Positions 10,076-22,082 of a stretch of DNA of 64,000 nucleotides are shown piece after piece. The position numbers and the translations under genes were made by a program. The notes under the pieces were generated by a model that had not been told where the DNA came from, did not search any database, and worked only from the letters and a program-made list of their open reading frames with translations. The DNA comes from Caecitellus pseudoparvulus (Eukaryota > Protista > Bigyra: Bicosoecida). How positions within the stretch are numbered: position 1 is the first letter of the stretch; every line of letters starts with the position of its first letter. The stretch covers positions 33,480 through 97,479 of the forward strand of contig CBFFRQ010000084.1 of NCBI GenBank assembly GCA_965644315.1. The letters run 5' to 3'.

Positions 10076-11857
10076 TCAGTCCTCGTCTTCGTCAATGGCA
10101 AAGTGCGCCAAGACGTCAAAACGAATGCCAGGGGCCTTGTGGTTGACGTACTTGACGAAGGAGTACAAACCTGGTGGCTTGGCCACCACTGACAGCGTGT
10201 TCGGCTTCACCGGCACAGTCAGCACCTCCTCATCTGACGTGAGGTAGCTGACGAAACCGCCAGCTTCCAAGGGCCACTCACCCTCACCATCTGGTGCGCA
10301 CTTGCCTGCACCAGGCGTGCCAAGCACCATGGGCAAGCACAGCGTGACTTCCAACGTCACCGACGGCGTGTACGGCGCCGCCCCTGCTTCTGCACTGTGC
10401 TGCGTTTCTGCAGCTCCCGACGCCTTCAAGGCTGCACCAGAGCGCTCCGCCACCGTGCTGCGTTTCGCCGCACGCCGACTGGCCTGGTACTCTGCATCGC
10501 AAATCATGGTGTAGTCCCTGTGACCGAAGGCGCGGCATTCCAGGGTCACCCCCACGAGCTGCTGCCCGGTGGCTGCTGAGAGAAACTCCACAAACGCTGC
10601 CGACTGCATGAACAGCTCCAGGGAATGCGCAGCAGAGAACAGCGTGCTCTGTAGCGTCTCTCGCGCACACGCTCCGTGCGCTTGGGCTGTTGTGCTGGTG
10701 GCGCTGCGGCGGAAATGCTGCAGGTTGGCAGGCGCCACGTGGCGCCACTCGTGCGTGGGCAGGGCAGCCATGACAGCCTCCAGCGCGTGGGGAGCGAGGA
10801 AATTCTCCAGTTGCAGGACGCCTGATGCGTTGAACGCAGCAGACATCTGCGGCAACACCTTCGCCGCCTTGGCCACGTACATGGGGTTGACCCACGCTGA
10901 CCACACGTCAGCCGGCGAGCGGTACATGCCCAGCTGGGTGTACGCCGAGCCCTGACAAGGTCCCAGCGCGAGCTTGGCCAGGTTGGAAACGCGCCCTGCC
11001 GATGGTGGGCCCACGCTGGAGGTGTCTGAGTCAGTGCAGCCTCCGTCACCTGCTGCCGCTGCGAGGACGAGGGGGACGGCAGGGGGGGTTGAGGGGGAGT
11101 CATCCAGGGTCCATGGCGCGTAATACGTGGGGGGAGGCGGCAGCGCAGGAGCTGGCCGTGTCAGCGGGGGCCCGTGAAACCACCCTGAAATGGACATGCG
11201 GCCACCCTTAGCGCCCGACAGCACCTCCGCCACCTGGTGGAACGACAGGTGGGACACCTCGAAGAACGCCAGCGTGTTGAAACGCGGCACGATGGACTTG
11301 ACGATGACGTCTGGCGCCCCTGCCGCGTCCGATGAGTACAGGTCCAGCGTGCCGCCGTCGCTGGCTGACCAGGTGGGCGGCACCAGGTACAGGATGTACG
11401 CGATGCGGCGCTCAGAGAGGTCGTCGTCGTGGCACAAGAGGTACGACGTGTCGTCGTACACTGCTGACGACATGTCGATGGTGCCGTCCAACTCAATGCC
11501 GCTGACAGTGCTCATCCACGCCACGAAATCCGGCGAGTACAGCGTTTCGCGCAGCTGGCGCAGCGCTCCGCTATCGGCCACAGTCAGGGAGTCACTCTGC
11601 TTGAACTGGTACAAGTCGTTGTTTTTCTCGTTGAAGGACGCCTCTGCCAGCTGCTTCTTGCAGGCCGTCAGGAATGATGGCGTGAAGATGTCGTGCAGCA
11701 CCCAGTGCCTGAACGGCTGCTCTTCCACTGCCTTGGCGATGCTGTCGCCGACACTCAGGATACCTGGCACAAGGGGAGAGTCCCAATCAGTTACACGCGC
11801 ATGTCCATCTTCTGTGCGCCGCTTCTTTGACGCTGAAACTGCCGCTGCGTCGCTCAT
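10076..11857 (-). CDS. OGFOD1: OGFOD1/Tpa1 prolyl 3-hydroxylase (2OG-Fe(II) oxygenase plus Ofd1 C-terminal domain)
   Basis: PFRH, NDLYQFKQS, YLLCHDD, RRIAYILYLV, GGTLDL, SFHQVAEV, RMSISGWFHG and a C-terminal FVKYVNH. Confidence 0.9.
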   Translation of the reverse strand: MSDAAAVSASKKRRTEDGHARVTDWDSPLVPGILSVGDSIAKAVEEQPFRHWVLHDIFTPSFLTACKKQLAEASFNEKNNDLYQFKQSDSLTVADSGALRQLRETLYSPDFVAWMSTVSGIELDGTIDMSSAVYDDTSYLLCHDDDLSERRIAYILYLVPPTWSASDGGTLDLYSSDAAGAPDVIVKSIVPRFNTLAFFEVSHLSFHQVAEVLSGAKGGRMSISGWFHGPPLTRPAPALPPPPTYYAPWTLDDSPSTPPAVPLVLAAAAGDGGCTDSDTSSVGPPSAGRVSNLAKLALGPCQGSAYTQLGMYRSPADVWSAWVNPMYVAKAAKVLPQMSAAFNASGVLQLENFLAPHALEAVMAALPTHEWRHVAPANLQHFRRSATSTTAQAHGACARETLQSTLFSAAHSLELFMQSAAFVEFLSAATGQQLVGVTLECRAFGHRDYTMICDAEYQASRRAAKRSTVAERSGAALKASGAAETQHSAEAGAAPYTPSVTLEVTLCLPMVLGTPGAGKCAPDGEGEWPLEAGGFVSYLTSDEEVLTVPVKPNTLSVVAKPPGLYSFVKYVNHKAPGIRFDVLAHFAIDEDED

Positions 11858-12190
11858 GGTGAACCGCTGCTGCTGAACCAATTTCCGCAACACGCCAGGC
11901 ACTCTTGCTCAGCACAAGACTCTTGCAAGCGACGGTAAAGTGCACCGGAGGGGGTGCAATACATACGCATAAGTGGCAGGGTTTTGATCCCTGCTCGTGC
12001 ATTGCAAGGTGTGACTGCGCCTCTGAGACAGGCGTGTTCGACAAACAGAGCAAACTGTGCGGCAGCTTGCAGCGCCAAGCACTGCCGCCCAGCAGCAGCA
12101 CGCACAGCGAAGCTGAGTGTCTTGCCCTCTATACAGGCATCCTTTCGAAGGCATTTGGCGAGTGGACTCGGGGTTGTCGCCCCGCCGCCC

Positions 12191-12906
12191 TCACTTGCCT
12201 TTCGCGTAGGGAGACACGAACTCCACAGTGCCGCGTTCCGTCATGCGGGTGCGTTTCACGGCACGCAGCTGCTTCTTGTTCATGCGCTTGATCTTCTCAG
12301 GGTCCTTGAGCTGTGCAGGGTGGCAGGGATGGCGGGTGGGGCACGGCGGCGCGCTTGCTCTTCAGCGTCCGGCCGAAACGCACCACCTGGTACGACGCGT
12401 TCTTGTACTCATTCTCCTCACGACGGCGCTTGCGTTCTTCGCGACGGGCTCGAGCAGCCTGTGCGGAGCAGGTGGACACTCGTGGTGCGGCACTGCTCGC
12501 GCTGGCTCTGCCACATGCGAGTGGGCTTACATCTCGCTCCTCCTGGATTCGCGCCTTCTCGGCCTCGGCATACTCCTTCGCGGCTTGCATGCTGCGTTTC
12601 AAGGCTGCGCGCACGTGAAAAGCGCTCCTCTGCCGCTTGGAGGCAGCAGTTGCGGTTCCTCGAGACGCCAGTGACGACTTCCTGCACAGGCACGTGTGCG
12701 GTAATTGCATCGCGAAACGCCGAGGAACAGCTCTCGAGGGTCTCCCACATCTTCTGGGTGTGCTTCCAGCCACGCGCACTTTTGGGAGCCCCTTGAACCT
12801 TGACCAGCTTTCGCTCCGTCACTTGCTTCTTGGGGGCCTTCTCTCCCTCGCCGGCCTCCCCCACGGCGCCGCCTCCTGCGGCAGCTGCCGCGGCTGGCGC
12901 AGACAT
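12191..12906 (-). CDS. CCDC86/Cgr1-family nucleolar coiled-coil protein (3 introns)
   Basis: Spliced product reads GAPKSARGWK ... RREENEYKNASYQV|LKDPEKIKRMNKKQLR ... VSPYAKGK*. Confidence 0.75.
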
Positions 12907-13298
12907 GTCTGGTCCGCTGCGTGGTTTTGCAACGCGGGGTGCCAAGGCCCTGATCAGCAATCTGCGTGAAGGTATTGGCGGTTTTTTTAAAAGTATCCTG
13001 GTGGAAAGTCTGCACTTCCCCATGCTCGCACACTTTGCGGGGCGCCTGCACCCGCCACTGTTCGCACCTTCCACCTGTGCATACTCCTCACACTCTTACC
13101 GGTCGTGGTGGCCGACCTTCTACTCCCTCAGAGTAACTGGGCATGTGCATTGGTGTGGGCCCGCTTTTTGTCGCGAAGCTGCTCTGTGCCACCCCCCTTG
13201 GGTAGGTGTTGCATTCGCTTCGCATCAGCCACCACCTCGATGGTTGGCCACTGCAGGTCGCACCGATGAAGACAGGGAAGCAGGCAAGCAGGCCCCTT

Positions 13299-16200
13299 TC
13301 AAAGGAATATGACTTCTCCATCCTTGATTCGCTTGAAGCCTCGTGGCGGCCGCTTGGAGTCGTGCTCTGGGCGCTGCTCAGGATTCAGGCTGTTCATCAT
13401 GGCAAACCGCCACGGCTCTTCTGGCCTGCCGAACATGGAATTCCCCTTGTGCCACTGCTTTCTAGACTCTGCAACGAGATCATACTTACTCTGTGTCTGC
13501 TTGCGCCTCCATGCGCGCAGCTGCACAGAGTCTGCGAAGCTTGGCGGCTCGGCGGCTGTGTGCTGCACCGCACGGCGCACTCCGTACTGCGCCGGGCGAG
13601 CAGTCCGGGCCACGCCCAGAACAGACGAGACACATTCCAGCTCTTGCGTCGGAAGTGTGCTGTCTGTATCCAGCGTGGAGAGGTCCATGAGTGACAGGGA
13701 CGCGCCGACTTCGATTGCGCCCTGTTCGTGCAGAGCGCCGTGTGCTGGGGGCTTATCTGATGCGGACACCACCTCTGCTGGGTTTCCATAGTGCAGGATT
13801 GCTTCTTCCCCACTGAGCCTTGACTTGTGCGCCTTCCGCTCTTTCCGCTCGGGTTTGCCCGGTGTGCTACGCTTCTGTGCCTGCCCTGTGCTGGCCTTCG
13901 CAACACCGCCCTGGAAAGCGTTAGACACTGCCTCCGTTCGCTGGCGGGTCTTGTCCATCTGCACTTGTTCTGCGTATGTTCCCCGTTTCGGAAGCAGGCG
14001 CTGGTCCGACAGGAACGTTGCATGCGGCTGCCGCTTCGTCTCCAACTCCGCCTTTGACGCGGCGGCGGTGAACTGCTGCAAGCTGTCGGCGCCTGCCTGA
14101 GTACCCTTGCGCAAGGCCAAGGCAGCTGCCCCCCCTGCGGCCCGAAAGGGGGACGCCACTGCACCAGCCGATGCTAGCGTCACGCCGTCCATGTCTTCCT
14201 CCTGCTCCGCGCTGCGGATTTTCACAGTTCCAGCCAGCCGCTCAGCGCGGGACAGCGCCCCAGCGATCGGCTCATCACTGCCCACTTTGGCGCGGTTGTC
14301 TGCTCGGAATCGACTTGGGCGGTTTAAGAGACTTTCAGCTGCCGGACGGCGCACGTACACTTCGCCAGTCGGCGCTGTGAACCGGCTGGCACCCACGTCG
14401 TATTCGGTCGCGTCTGTCACAAAAGCAGCTGCTGCGCGGGCCATGCGCGACTTCATCCCCCTTACTGCCACCTGTGCAATGCTCGCCGAATCTTCGTACT
14501 TGCCCTCCCCACTCACGGCACTCAGCTTTTCTTCCAATGTCTTTGGTTGAGGGCCGCCCATGGCCGCTTCCCGTGCTTTCTCTCTTCGCGCCTTCCGCTC
14601 AGCCGCGCTTGCCGCAAGCCTAGCAGCCTTTGCAGCCTCCACTTCTTGCCCAATTACACGGGTTCGCTCAAGCAGCTGAGCAGTGTCAGGCTGTGCCTTA
14701 TCCAACCTGGCAAGGCGCTTCTGTTTGGCAAGTTGCAGCGCCTGCTCGTGCATATCCCGGCGCACCAGAAGGTCTTCATTGGGAGCAGAGAGCTCTTTTC
14801 CCTCATGCCACAGTGTTCGTAGTCGCTTCTTGTGAGCTGCTGCACCTCGAAGGCCTGAAACGGCTGCCATGGTGCGATCGGGGTGCGCTGTGGCCTCATC
14901 AGCACCCCCCGAATCCTCCTGGATGCCGCTGCGCGTGTTTGTGCGCCGGATGTCAAGGTGTTCCCCCCTGTCCTCGACACTGTCGGCATCTTCATCTTCC
15001 GTGTCGCTTGCACCCGGGACTTCCTCGCCGATGCGCTGCTTCCTGCGACCGCCTCTCCCTTTTGCCGTTTCTGCTACAGGCTTGCGAGCGTAGCCTGCAA
15101 CGGCCCACGCCTCCAGTTGGGCCTCGCTTGGGAGTGTCTTCAGGGCGGCGTCATACTCCAACACCCTGACTGCTCCTGTGGGATTGGCATCGCGAGTCAT
15201 GGCATCGATGCGGAAGCGGTGCAGCATGTCCTGAACGTCTGCTGATTTGCCCCACATGAGCTCACTGCGGTGCAGCGCAGCAGCTTGCAGAGGAGCATCT
15301 GAGCCGCCCTTGCTCGTGATGTCCACTACACCTGCCTCTGGAACGAAGCCTTCACGAGCCTTTTGCTTTGCTTGAGCTGCCATGTCCTTGGAGTAGCGGT
15401 TGGCAGCGTCCAGCGTCATGCGCCAAGCAGCGGAGAACTCACGAGACGCGTGCTCAGACTTCAGGCGCTCCCAATTGTTCAGGACCCCAACGCAGCCGCG
15501 ACGGTCTACAAGCCCTTTCGCAACTTGCTCCTGTGCGACATCGATGGGCAGCCGGCCCGCTGTGTCTCTCAGGCTCGGGTCAGCGCCGCGCTTGAGCAGT
15601 TCCATGACCAGCCGATCGTGGCCGAACTGGGCCGCCATGTGGAGTGGTGCAGCACCAGAGTAAGCTTGGATGTTTGGATCGGCTTTGTACTTGAGCAGCT
15701 CAAGCACCAAGTCCTCTGCGACTCGAAACTGGAACTTCTTCCGAGGGAGGTTTGGATTGACTGCCAACCACGAGTCCCAGGCCACGTGCAGCGCAACCAT
15801 TCCACTAGCCGTTTTCAGGTTGGGATTCGCTCCGTACTTGAGATACATCTGTGTCGGCGCAGTGGACGCATGCCCAGTGAGGTGGCTGGGGTGCGATGCG
15901 CGCGGCTCTCGAGCCTCACCTTGGCAATTGTGAGCAAGCCCTTGCCGCAAGCCAGGATCAATCCCGTGTAGTACAGGGTCGGCTCCACCATGTTCACATT
16001 GATTTCACCCTGTAGGAACATCTCTTCCAGCTCCAGCACTTTTCGGGCTCGGATGAGCCCAAACACCTTCTTCACCTCGTCAGGCGCGCCCTCCATGACC
16101 ACAAGAGTGTCTGCTGCATCCTGCTTGTGGGCATCGTGCTCAATGATGGCCTCGTCCACTTGCATCACAAGGCGCTCAATGCGAGTGGGCAGAGCTATCC

Positions 16201-16513
16201 GCGACTTTTTCTCATGCACCCTCGTTGCCATGTCAACGTGGCGGGCGCGCTGCTCAGCCTTCTCACGGATGGTCTTTGCGGCCGACGCGTTTTGCTCAAC
16301 GAGGGCTCGCCTGTAGAAGTCGTCCGCCACGGCACCTCCAGGGATGGGGAACTTGTTCTTGATGCGGAATGCATGGTACTTTCCTGACAAGGTATGCTCG
16401 TTGAACGCCCGCATGTCCACAGTGAAGTTCTGCTCCTTGCCTCCCTCCTGCTTTCCCGACAGCAAGCCCATTGCATCCAGGTACTGCCGCTCAGAACCAG
16501 GCAGGGCAGTCAT
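13299..16513 (-). CDS. Ankyrin-repeat protein with long low-complexity/coiled C-terminus (intron ~15850-15920)
   Basis: TGLILACGKGLLTIAK|MYLKYGANPN, ALHVA and GAAPLHMAAQFGHDRLVMELLKRGAD. Joins ORFs 15815..16633 and 13299..15950; start codon uncertain. Confidence 0.75.
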
Positions 16514-17113
16514 GCGGAGCGTGGAGCCTAGGGCCTCCCGCTTCGCCTCTGTGTGCACCCAGCTGAGGTTTCGAGGAAGCGGGGGGCGGAAATTGCTCTG
16601 AGCAGCGCCACCTCCAACCTGCCCAAGACGCACCCGTTTGCCATGGCTACACAGCGCAAGGTCAGGAATACGAAGCTGCCAATGAAGCTGTTGGCTCGTG
16701 CCTTGACTTGCACCCTTCTGTGCACACGTCTCCCTTGCCTAATCAGGCGGAGTCACACGAAGCGGGCGTGTTGGGAAGCAACGCAAGGAGGCGCCACGCA
16801 GCACAACGTTGCCACTGCACGCAGAGGGCTTAAACTTAGAGAAGCTCACGAGGTTTCATTGTTCTGGCTTCTTTTCACAACTGTGGGGGAGGACTGTCGT
16901 GGGCCTTCCGCGGCACGAGGATTCGTTGGCATTGCACAAAGCACCGCTGTACACAATCCTTTCCGAGCACATACCACACCCTGGTCAGCCCGCAGTAACT
17001 ATAACCCACAAGTAACCAGGATTCGGCACCCAGCTTGCTGTGGTGGTCGTGGTCAGGGTGCCCGCGATTTCTCTGCGCGTTGACTCGAGACCATTCACAC
17101 GTCGCCGACTGGC

Positions 17114-19813
17114 ATGGCTGCTGCAGCGCCGACAGCTCCATCAGGGGCCATGATTCGAGAAGGATGGGTTCTTAAGAAGGCTGTCCGAACACTCTCCAAG
17201 AACAGGCACGTCTGCTTCGCGTGCGGGGTCGCGTCTGAGTGAGGGTGATGTGCTGCACTGCACTTTCTGTGCCCCAGGTGGAAGCGGCGCTGGCTTCAGC
17301 TCAGAGAGGAGACTCTCAGCTACCACTCAAGCCCAACAAGTGGACCGATTCTCGTGCTGACCCGGGACAAAGCTGCAGGGGCTGAGCAGGTGCAAGAGTT
17401 CACGTCCCCCTCCCGAGAACTGGTCCTCAAGCTGCACACACGGGAGTACCCAGTGTTCATTGCTCCCAAGAGCAAAGCCGACCTAGAAGCGTGGAGCAAT
17501 GCGTACTGTGGTGTGCTAGCCTGCAGCGGGGATGGTAGTGCTGTCGCTGATCGCAAGTCAATGCCTAAGCGCCCTTCGGGCTCTGTGCTAGGTGACCTGC
17601 CCAGCATCAACATTTCAGACGTTGTGATGATGGCAAAGCTGAGACTGGCAAGTGTGCACGGCTTCGGGAGGGGCGACTCGGGGCAGCTTGGAGTGGGTAC
17701 CAAGGTGCTTTCAGGTGCGCCGAAACCTGCCAAGTGTTCCTCGTTGAAAGGCAAGCTGGCTGTGCAGCACATTTCAGTGGGACTGCAGCACTCTGCTGGG
17801 GTGACTATAGGAGGGCAGCTGCTCACGTGGGGGGCCAACGACTTCTTCCAGCTTGGAGAACCAAGCATTCCCAACACACTTCGGCCACAGCTTGTGTCGA
17901 GCCTGCGAAGGGTACAGGTGCGGTCAGTTGCTTGCGGTGCCCACCACACGCTGCTCTGCACGACTGAAGGACGAGTGTACGCGTGGGGGGAGAACACCTT
18001 CATGCAGTGCTCCGCCCTGGAGGGTACGGAGAATCGGGATGGGTCGGCCATCATTACGGTAGTGAAGAGCCCCACCGCCTTGAGCGCATTTGGACCCAGC
18101 AGCCCAGCTCTGGCATCCTGCGTCTTTGCTGGGCCTGCTGCCTCAGCTGTCGTGGACTCCCACGGAAGGGCATGGGTTTGGGGTTTGAATGAGTCGGGGC
18201 AACTTGGCCTGGGGTACCAGGGTGACGGCAGCGCGAGCGTCCAGCAAGCACTGCAAGATACTGACATGAAACTCGACTTTCGTGACCCTTTATTGCATCT
18301 ACCGGCCTGTTTCCTCGTGCAGCAACCGACTGTGGTCAATGCGCCGTCAGTTGCAGGTCGTGCTATAACAAAGGTTGCGCTTGCGTTCAACTTCACTCTG
18401 TGGCAAGTCGTGAGTCAAGCAGAGTACATTCACATGCGCTGGCAAGCGTTTGCGGCGCCCTGGGCTGACAATGTCGGCGCTCCAGTGACTGACCTGACGC
18501 CTGAGATCGCCACAGCTCCGCCCTCCAAAGACCCAGCTGAAGTCGACCAGAGCGCCAGAGATCGCGAGACGCTATCTCCACCCGCCCCTTCATTCGGCTT
18601 GGACCCGTTCCGGGGCGCCCGCAGTGAGACGCAGCTGATGGTGTCTGGTCGGCCTGGCAGGTCGTACTACGTATGGGATGCCTGGCGACAGGTGACGAAG
18701 TTCGACACAACCGTACCATACCTTGATCCACTCTTCGGCAAGGGGGCCGTGTGTTCAGATATTGCCACGGGCATCTGCCACGGTGCCATTGCCTCCCGAG
18801 GACGCATCTTCACCATCGGACATGGGTACCTCGGGCTCATGACTGGCTCTGCCTTGACCGAGCCGCTGCCCAATGCGCCATCTCACTTCGTGAACAGTGC
18901 TGAAGAGACGGGGCTGCTTGATACAGACCGGGCTCAGGCCGTGGCAGAGTCCTGGTTCGCTGAGGAACCGGAGGAGGACAAGCTGAGGGAGGAAGTGGAG
19001 ATGGGTGGCTGGCCAGCCGTGCTGCCGTACAGTGCGGAGCCGGGCTCATCCCAGGCTGCCTTCCACCCCTTGCTCTGCACAACGATGCAACTGGAAGGGG
19101 TGGTGCAAGTGGCCTGCGGCGAGCGGCACACAGTGGGACGCACCCGCGATGGGCGCATGTTCAGCTTTGGCTCGAACAGCGCTGGCCAGTTGGGCCTCGG
19201 AACATTCGTGACAGGGCTCTGCCCGGCAGTCTCGGCTAGTGTGCTCCGAGTGCCAGACATGGTGTACAGCAGCGTTGCAGCGGGAGGCCAGACGACCCTC
19301 AGCATAGTCGTCCGTGGCCACAGTGTGGTGGAGTCTGCTGACCGGCGCCGCGCAAAGCAAGCCGCTCTCAAGTGGTGGGAGCGCACGCAGCGGCGCCTCA
19401 AGGGCTCCAGAGGCCAGCAGCGGCGCCTGTCCATGTTCGTCTACAGCGAACTGCAGGGCCTGTCCCTGGACGACTTTGCCGGGGGGGGAGCTGCAGCCTC
19501 CGAAACAAAGCCAGCCGCATCTCGCTCAGAGAAATCCCAGGCAAGGAGCCACCTTGCCTTTGGTGGCATCTCGGCTGACCCTGCTGGCACTGACACCGCA
19601 ACGGAGTCCCTGGACGCGCTGGTGGGCTCCATGCTGGACAACGCAGGGCTGTTCGTCGCAGAAGAGTCAGAGGCACAGGCGCAAGAGCGGGAGCGCGCGG
19701 CAAACCCGAACTATCCATGGGAATGCCACCACGATGAAGACGGCAACCCATACTTCTACAACGTCGAAACGGAGGAGGCTCAGTGGGAGCCCCCCGCCTC
19801 TTGGAACCCTTGA
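17114..19813 (+). CDS. PH + RCC1-repeat + C-terminal WW domain protein
   Basis: Exon 1 IREGWVLKK..., exon 2 WKRRW...DLEAW (PH). RCC1 repeats (GRGDSGQLG, WGANDFFQLG, VACGAHHT, WGLNESGQLG, FGSNSAGQLG). WW domain PWECHHDEDGNPYFYNVETEEAQWEPP. Confidence 0.85.
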
Positions 19814-21473
19814 GAACCCAAGCAGCCCCTCCCCATCGCCGACAGCGCCTCATCGTCCACTTGCTTGGGCGGCAAGGGGGGTCGATCAGCGACGCCCTTG
19901 GCTGTCATGGCAGCCGACACAGGCAAGTGCGAGCGCAAAGGTGGCGGGGGCCAAAAGTATTCCGCATCTGCGCTGTGCCCCTCTTTAACTGAATGCAAGT
20001 CTTTTCCAACTCCTTCAGGGACCAGCCCTGCAGTGATCATGGCAGCCAGCCCCCTTGCCACGGCAGTTTTGGACTGGCACACCTGGCTTCGCTGTCCAAG
20101 AGCAGTCTGCAGCAGTTGCTGGAAATGCAGCATGGGCGTGTCTTCCCACACGACCACAACATTGGCCAGCATGCCTTCATGGTCTGTCGCACTGGCACTC
20201 GCCACGGCGTCAAGGATCGCCGGCACCAAGGGCGCCTCGGCCCAGCGTTGCCACGCGTCGCCGTCCGCCTCCACAGAACACTCGCCGTGCAGCATGGCTT
20301 GCTGAATGGCAGGGACAATGAACCCCGGCACCTTCATCTGCTCAGGCTTCAAACTCGGCGAGGCTTCCATCCACTTGCTATGGCCCACGTTCCCACTGGC
20401 CAGTCGAGGGTCCAAAGTGATGCACCCTTGTGCGTCGCGCCAGATGCAGACGTCCGTGTCACCCTCGACTGCCCCCTGGCCACTCCCAGGCAGAAGGTGA
20501 AGGACCCGCCGAGAGAACAGCTGATGGCTGACGAAAGCCGCAGTCAGGCGCCCTGCATCGCACTCCTCTGCAGGCAGACACAGTGCCAGCTGCATCTCCG
20601 CGGTAGTGTGGACTGGCATGCCTTGGGAGACTTCCTGAGGAGACAGCAGCCCAGGGGGGAGCACAGAGCCGGCCAGAACGCCGTCACGCATGAAGTGGAC
20701 CACAGCGCTGGGTTTATCCTGCGCCACATTCAGCCCACCGGCTTGTGCGCCGGAGTGACGCTCGGGCTTGTGTTGCAGAACACCGGAGCACGTGTGGGAC
20801 GCGGCTGCTTCGGCAGGGTCCTCCGGGAACAGGCAAGCATGCACAGCGGCCTCGGCGTGCAAACTCCCCCAGGGCAAGGTACGCTCGCCCTGCGTCACGT
20901 GGAATCCATGTGCGACAGGGGAAACGGACGTGCGCCGACAGCCAATGCGCACAAGCACGCCACTGGTGGCGCCCCGGCTCAGCACGCCGGGCAGGGCGGG
21001 CGACACAAAAGTGCAGAGCCGGACCTGTAGAGTCCCGCACGCCGCTGCATGCAGCGCAGCTAGCAGTGCTGTGGGCCGCCACGAGTCCGTGGCTATCACG
21101 AGGCCATGAGTGGCAGGCTGCACGAGCGCCACTCTGCGCAGGGCCGAGAACGCCGCCATGGAACGCGAGCTTGCAAGAACTTCGATGCGCTTGACACTCA
21201 CTGTGTGTACAACTCCTGCAGCCATGTGCTGAAGGACTGCTCGTAGGTCTCTCGGCTCTGGAGGCCGACCACTGCCGTGTCCATAACCCACTGTGAGACC
21301 AGCAGCGGGGGCAGATTTCGAACGGAGACAACGCTTCCAACGTTCAGGGTGGGGCTTACTGGCGACCTGATGTGTTCAAGGAAGACTGGATCGTCGCTTT
21401 TGGTGACAATGCTGCCTACATCTGACAAGTGCAGGACGATGGCTTTCTTCAACGGCTTTGGTCCGGCTGCCAT
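19780..21473 (-). CDS. Divergent actin-related protein, most like Arp10/ACTR10 (dynactin Arp11); 2 introns
   Basis: KAIVLHLSD start; WLQELYTQVALVQPATHGLVI (cf. LHELYFRHLLVNP..VVI); GATSGVLVRIGCRRTSVSPVAHG (cf. G.tsalVlD.G..es.vlPiyeG); ILDAV..MLANVVVV. Confidence 0.55.
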
Positions 21474-22082
21474 TGCGCAACGCGGGCGAAACGCCAGGCA
21501 ATGGAAGCGGCACAAGCACGTTCCAGCACCGAATGAAGGCGTCGAAACCCAGGTGAAGCGATTCAAGACTATAAATTGATGCGCTGGATGCTGGGGATTT
21601 TGAAGATCTTCCCTCACGTGCTGTGGGTTCTGAGTCGGCAGTCGTGGCTGGCTCGGCAACTGCACGCAGAGCAGTCGGCTTCCTTTTCCAGCCACTCTAA
21701 AGGTGTCTGAAAACGTCACGGAGCCGATAGAACAGGAAAGGAGTTGGGATAGCTGTCTGGCACCCAGGGTGTCAGGTTTACGCCCTTTGGTTCCAGGTTT
21801 GCGCGAGGGCGCTGCCGTCCAGGCCAGCCAGCACGCGCTTTGTGAAGCTCCCTGAGGCCAGGCCAAAGAGACGCGTTGAATACCTCACAGACTGCACCAG
21901 GAACTAGTCTCTCACAGCTAGCGAGCAGCATGCCTGGCTGTTTATGCATGCTTCTCACATTGTGCGGGCAACGAGAAACAAGCGCGCGGTCCCGGCAAAA
22001 CTTGAACGTCAAATATCTGACCTCGTTGAGAAAAAGACTTCAGCCTCTAACCACCTGAGATAACCCTGGCACTTTACAGGCC

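Noticed and set aside
16994-17005. GTAACTATAAC, matching part of a conserved LSU rRNA / I-CeuI site
   Set aside because: Only ~11 nt match with no surrounding rRNA similarity. No rRNA, tRNA or snRNA gene could be supported anywhere in the window.
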